From Felis catus (lineage: Eukaryota): DNA of 64,000 nt. Shown one piece after another: positions 62,490-64,000 of this stretch. The DNA is taken from assembly GCF_018350175.1 (NCBI RefSeq), contig NC_058368.1, positions 51,461,815 through 51,525,814 of the forward strand, in the 5' to 3' direction. A program made the position numbers and the translations under genes. The notes beneath the pieces were generated by a model, which searched no databases, was not told where the DNA came from, and was given only the letters and a program-made list of their open reading frames with translations. Numbering within the stretch: position 1 is the stretch's first letter; each line of letters opens with the position of its first letter.

Positions 62490-63230
62490 TTTAAAAAAAC
62501 AGGTTGATGTTTTTATTATAAGTTGATATGTGCTCATTTACAAAGAATTTTGGAAAAGCTTTATAAAAATTCACCCATAATCATACAACACAGAAATAAC
62601 ATGTTAATATTTTGGTGTATTTTAATTTAATATTTCTTCTTAGAGTGTGAATATATTTTAAAAGATATTTATGATTGTACTGTATATCCAACATTCTATC
62701 TTGCTTTTTTAACTCAAAATTATGTTGCAATCTTTTTTTAATTAATAGTTGAAGAATTTATTTTAATGGCTATATAATAAGGAACATGTGAAAGTATCAT
62801 GTTTTATTCAATAATTTCCCTTTTGTTGTTCTATTGTTTCCATTGTTTCATCCTTATAAATAATGTTGAGATTTACATCCTTCATAACATTTTGCCATGA
62901 TCTCTAATTTTATTGTGGTTGGTCTAGGTTTCTAAGAGTGGAAATACTAGATGACAGGTTTTCTTTTAAGCATTTGCATACCGTACATTGCTTTTAAGAA
63001 AGATAATACCAATTATGACTCCCAAGAGCAATTACAGAAACACCTCTATCATAGCAAGAGTGCTAGCCAAGATGATAGGCAAAATGGATATAAGATTGTT
63101 TTTGTCATTTTTTTGTTTCCTAGAGTAGTGTTTTAAAAAATATGTATGTGTAAATATACATATTTATTTAAAGTATCTATGTGTGTGGATGTGTTTATAC
63201 TCTGTCTTCTGGGAACTGTTTGTTCTTTCC
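62490..63230 (-). mobile_element. Ancient L1 (L1ME-like) 3' fragment
   Basis: T-rich reverse L1ME-like motifs (TTTCTAAGAGTGGAA; TACCAATTATGACTCCCA). Confidence 0.5.
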
Positions 63231-64000
63231 TTTTCTAACCACAACTGGCAGTTTTAAAAAGCTCATTCTTTTAAGTTCTACTTTTTCAGATTTGATTAGA
63301 TAATAATCAAATTGTATAATTTTGCATTTGTTAACAACTCAGAAATCCTGTATCTTATGAGGGTAGGCTTAACTTATGAACACATACTTAGGCTATTGTG
63401 GTTGTTTAGTCCTGCAAAAATAATCACTAAGTTGGAACCAGGGAAACTTGAGCATAAAATTTATTTTTATCATTACTAGTACTGTGATTTATATCCATAC
63501 TTAACTTCTCTGAGCCTCAACTAACTCAGTGATAAAATGGAGAGGATAAACTTTGTCCTCTGGGGTTGTTGTTAGAAATTAGAAGCTGTGTAAAAGAATC
63601 CAGCACATAATTGGTGTACAACATTTTATCATCCTTCAACATCAAACCATGAGAGAGCACCTGGATACACAAGGAAAACTGATTAATGGGAAAATATAAT
63701 TACTTAATGCTTTACCAGTTTCTTCCCATACTGTATTGCCTCTTTTTTTAAATTGCAACTCTTATGTTTCCTTCAATAAAGGTAAAAACCTCAAGTTTAT
63801 ATATAAAAACCCTAAGTCTGTAAACCACTTCCTTTTCTTATTTCCTCTCTAACAGTATTCTAAATTTTGACTTAAGTCTTTCTTACTTTGCTTTTATTAT
63901 TTTTTTAAATGCTTCTTAATCGATGTTCTTCTAGGTTCATTTCATTTACTAATTAGAATTCTTTATTCATTCTTGAACTAAATTCTAGCAACTTAATAAT

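Overview
Felid (cat-like) genomic DNA, judged from about 32 Can-SINE/SINEC_Fc-type tRNA-derived SINEs and carnivore L1 3' ends. The window holds the 5' end of MYCBP2 (PAM/Phr1/Highwire/RPM-1 family E3 ligase) on the minus strand. Coding exon 1 (32166-32467) lies in a CpG island, followed by a 28.7-kb intron 1 and a 76-nt exon 2 (3396-3471). The rest is repeat-dense intron and upstream intergenic DNA: L1, SINEs, two decayed ERVL (LTR16/ERV3-16A3-like) elements, MaLR LTRs, DNA-transposon relics and microsatellites. The most interesting unannotated signals are: (1) a 27-codon uORF with ten consecutive arginines in the MYCBP2 leader, overlapping a stop-free in-frame upstream extension of the main ORF; (2) a candidate UG-repeat poison exon in intron 1; (3) a second promoter-like island about 3 kb upstream; (4) inverted SINEs bracketing exon 2; (5) a degenerate 27-bp tandem array at 51.7-51.9 kb. 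Repeat family names and boundaries were assigned by eye and are approximate; no database search was run.
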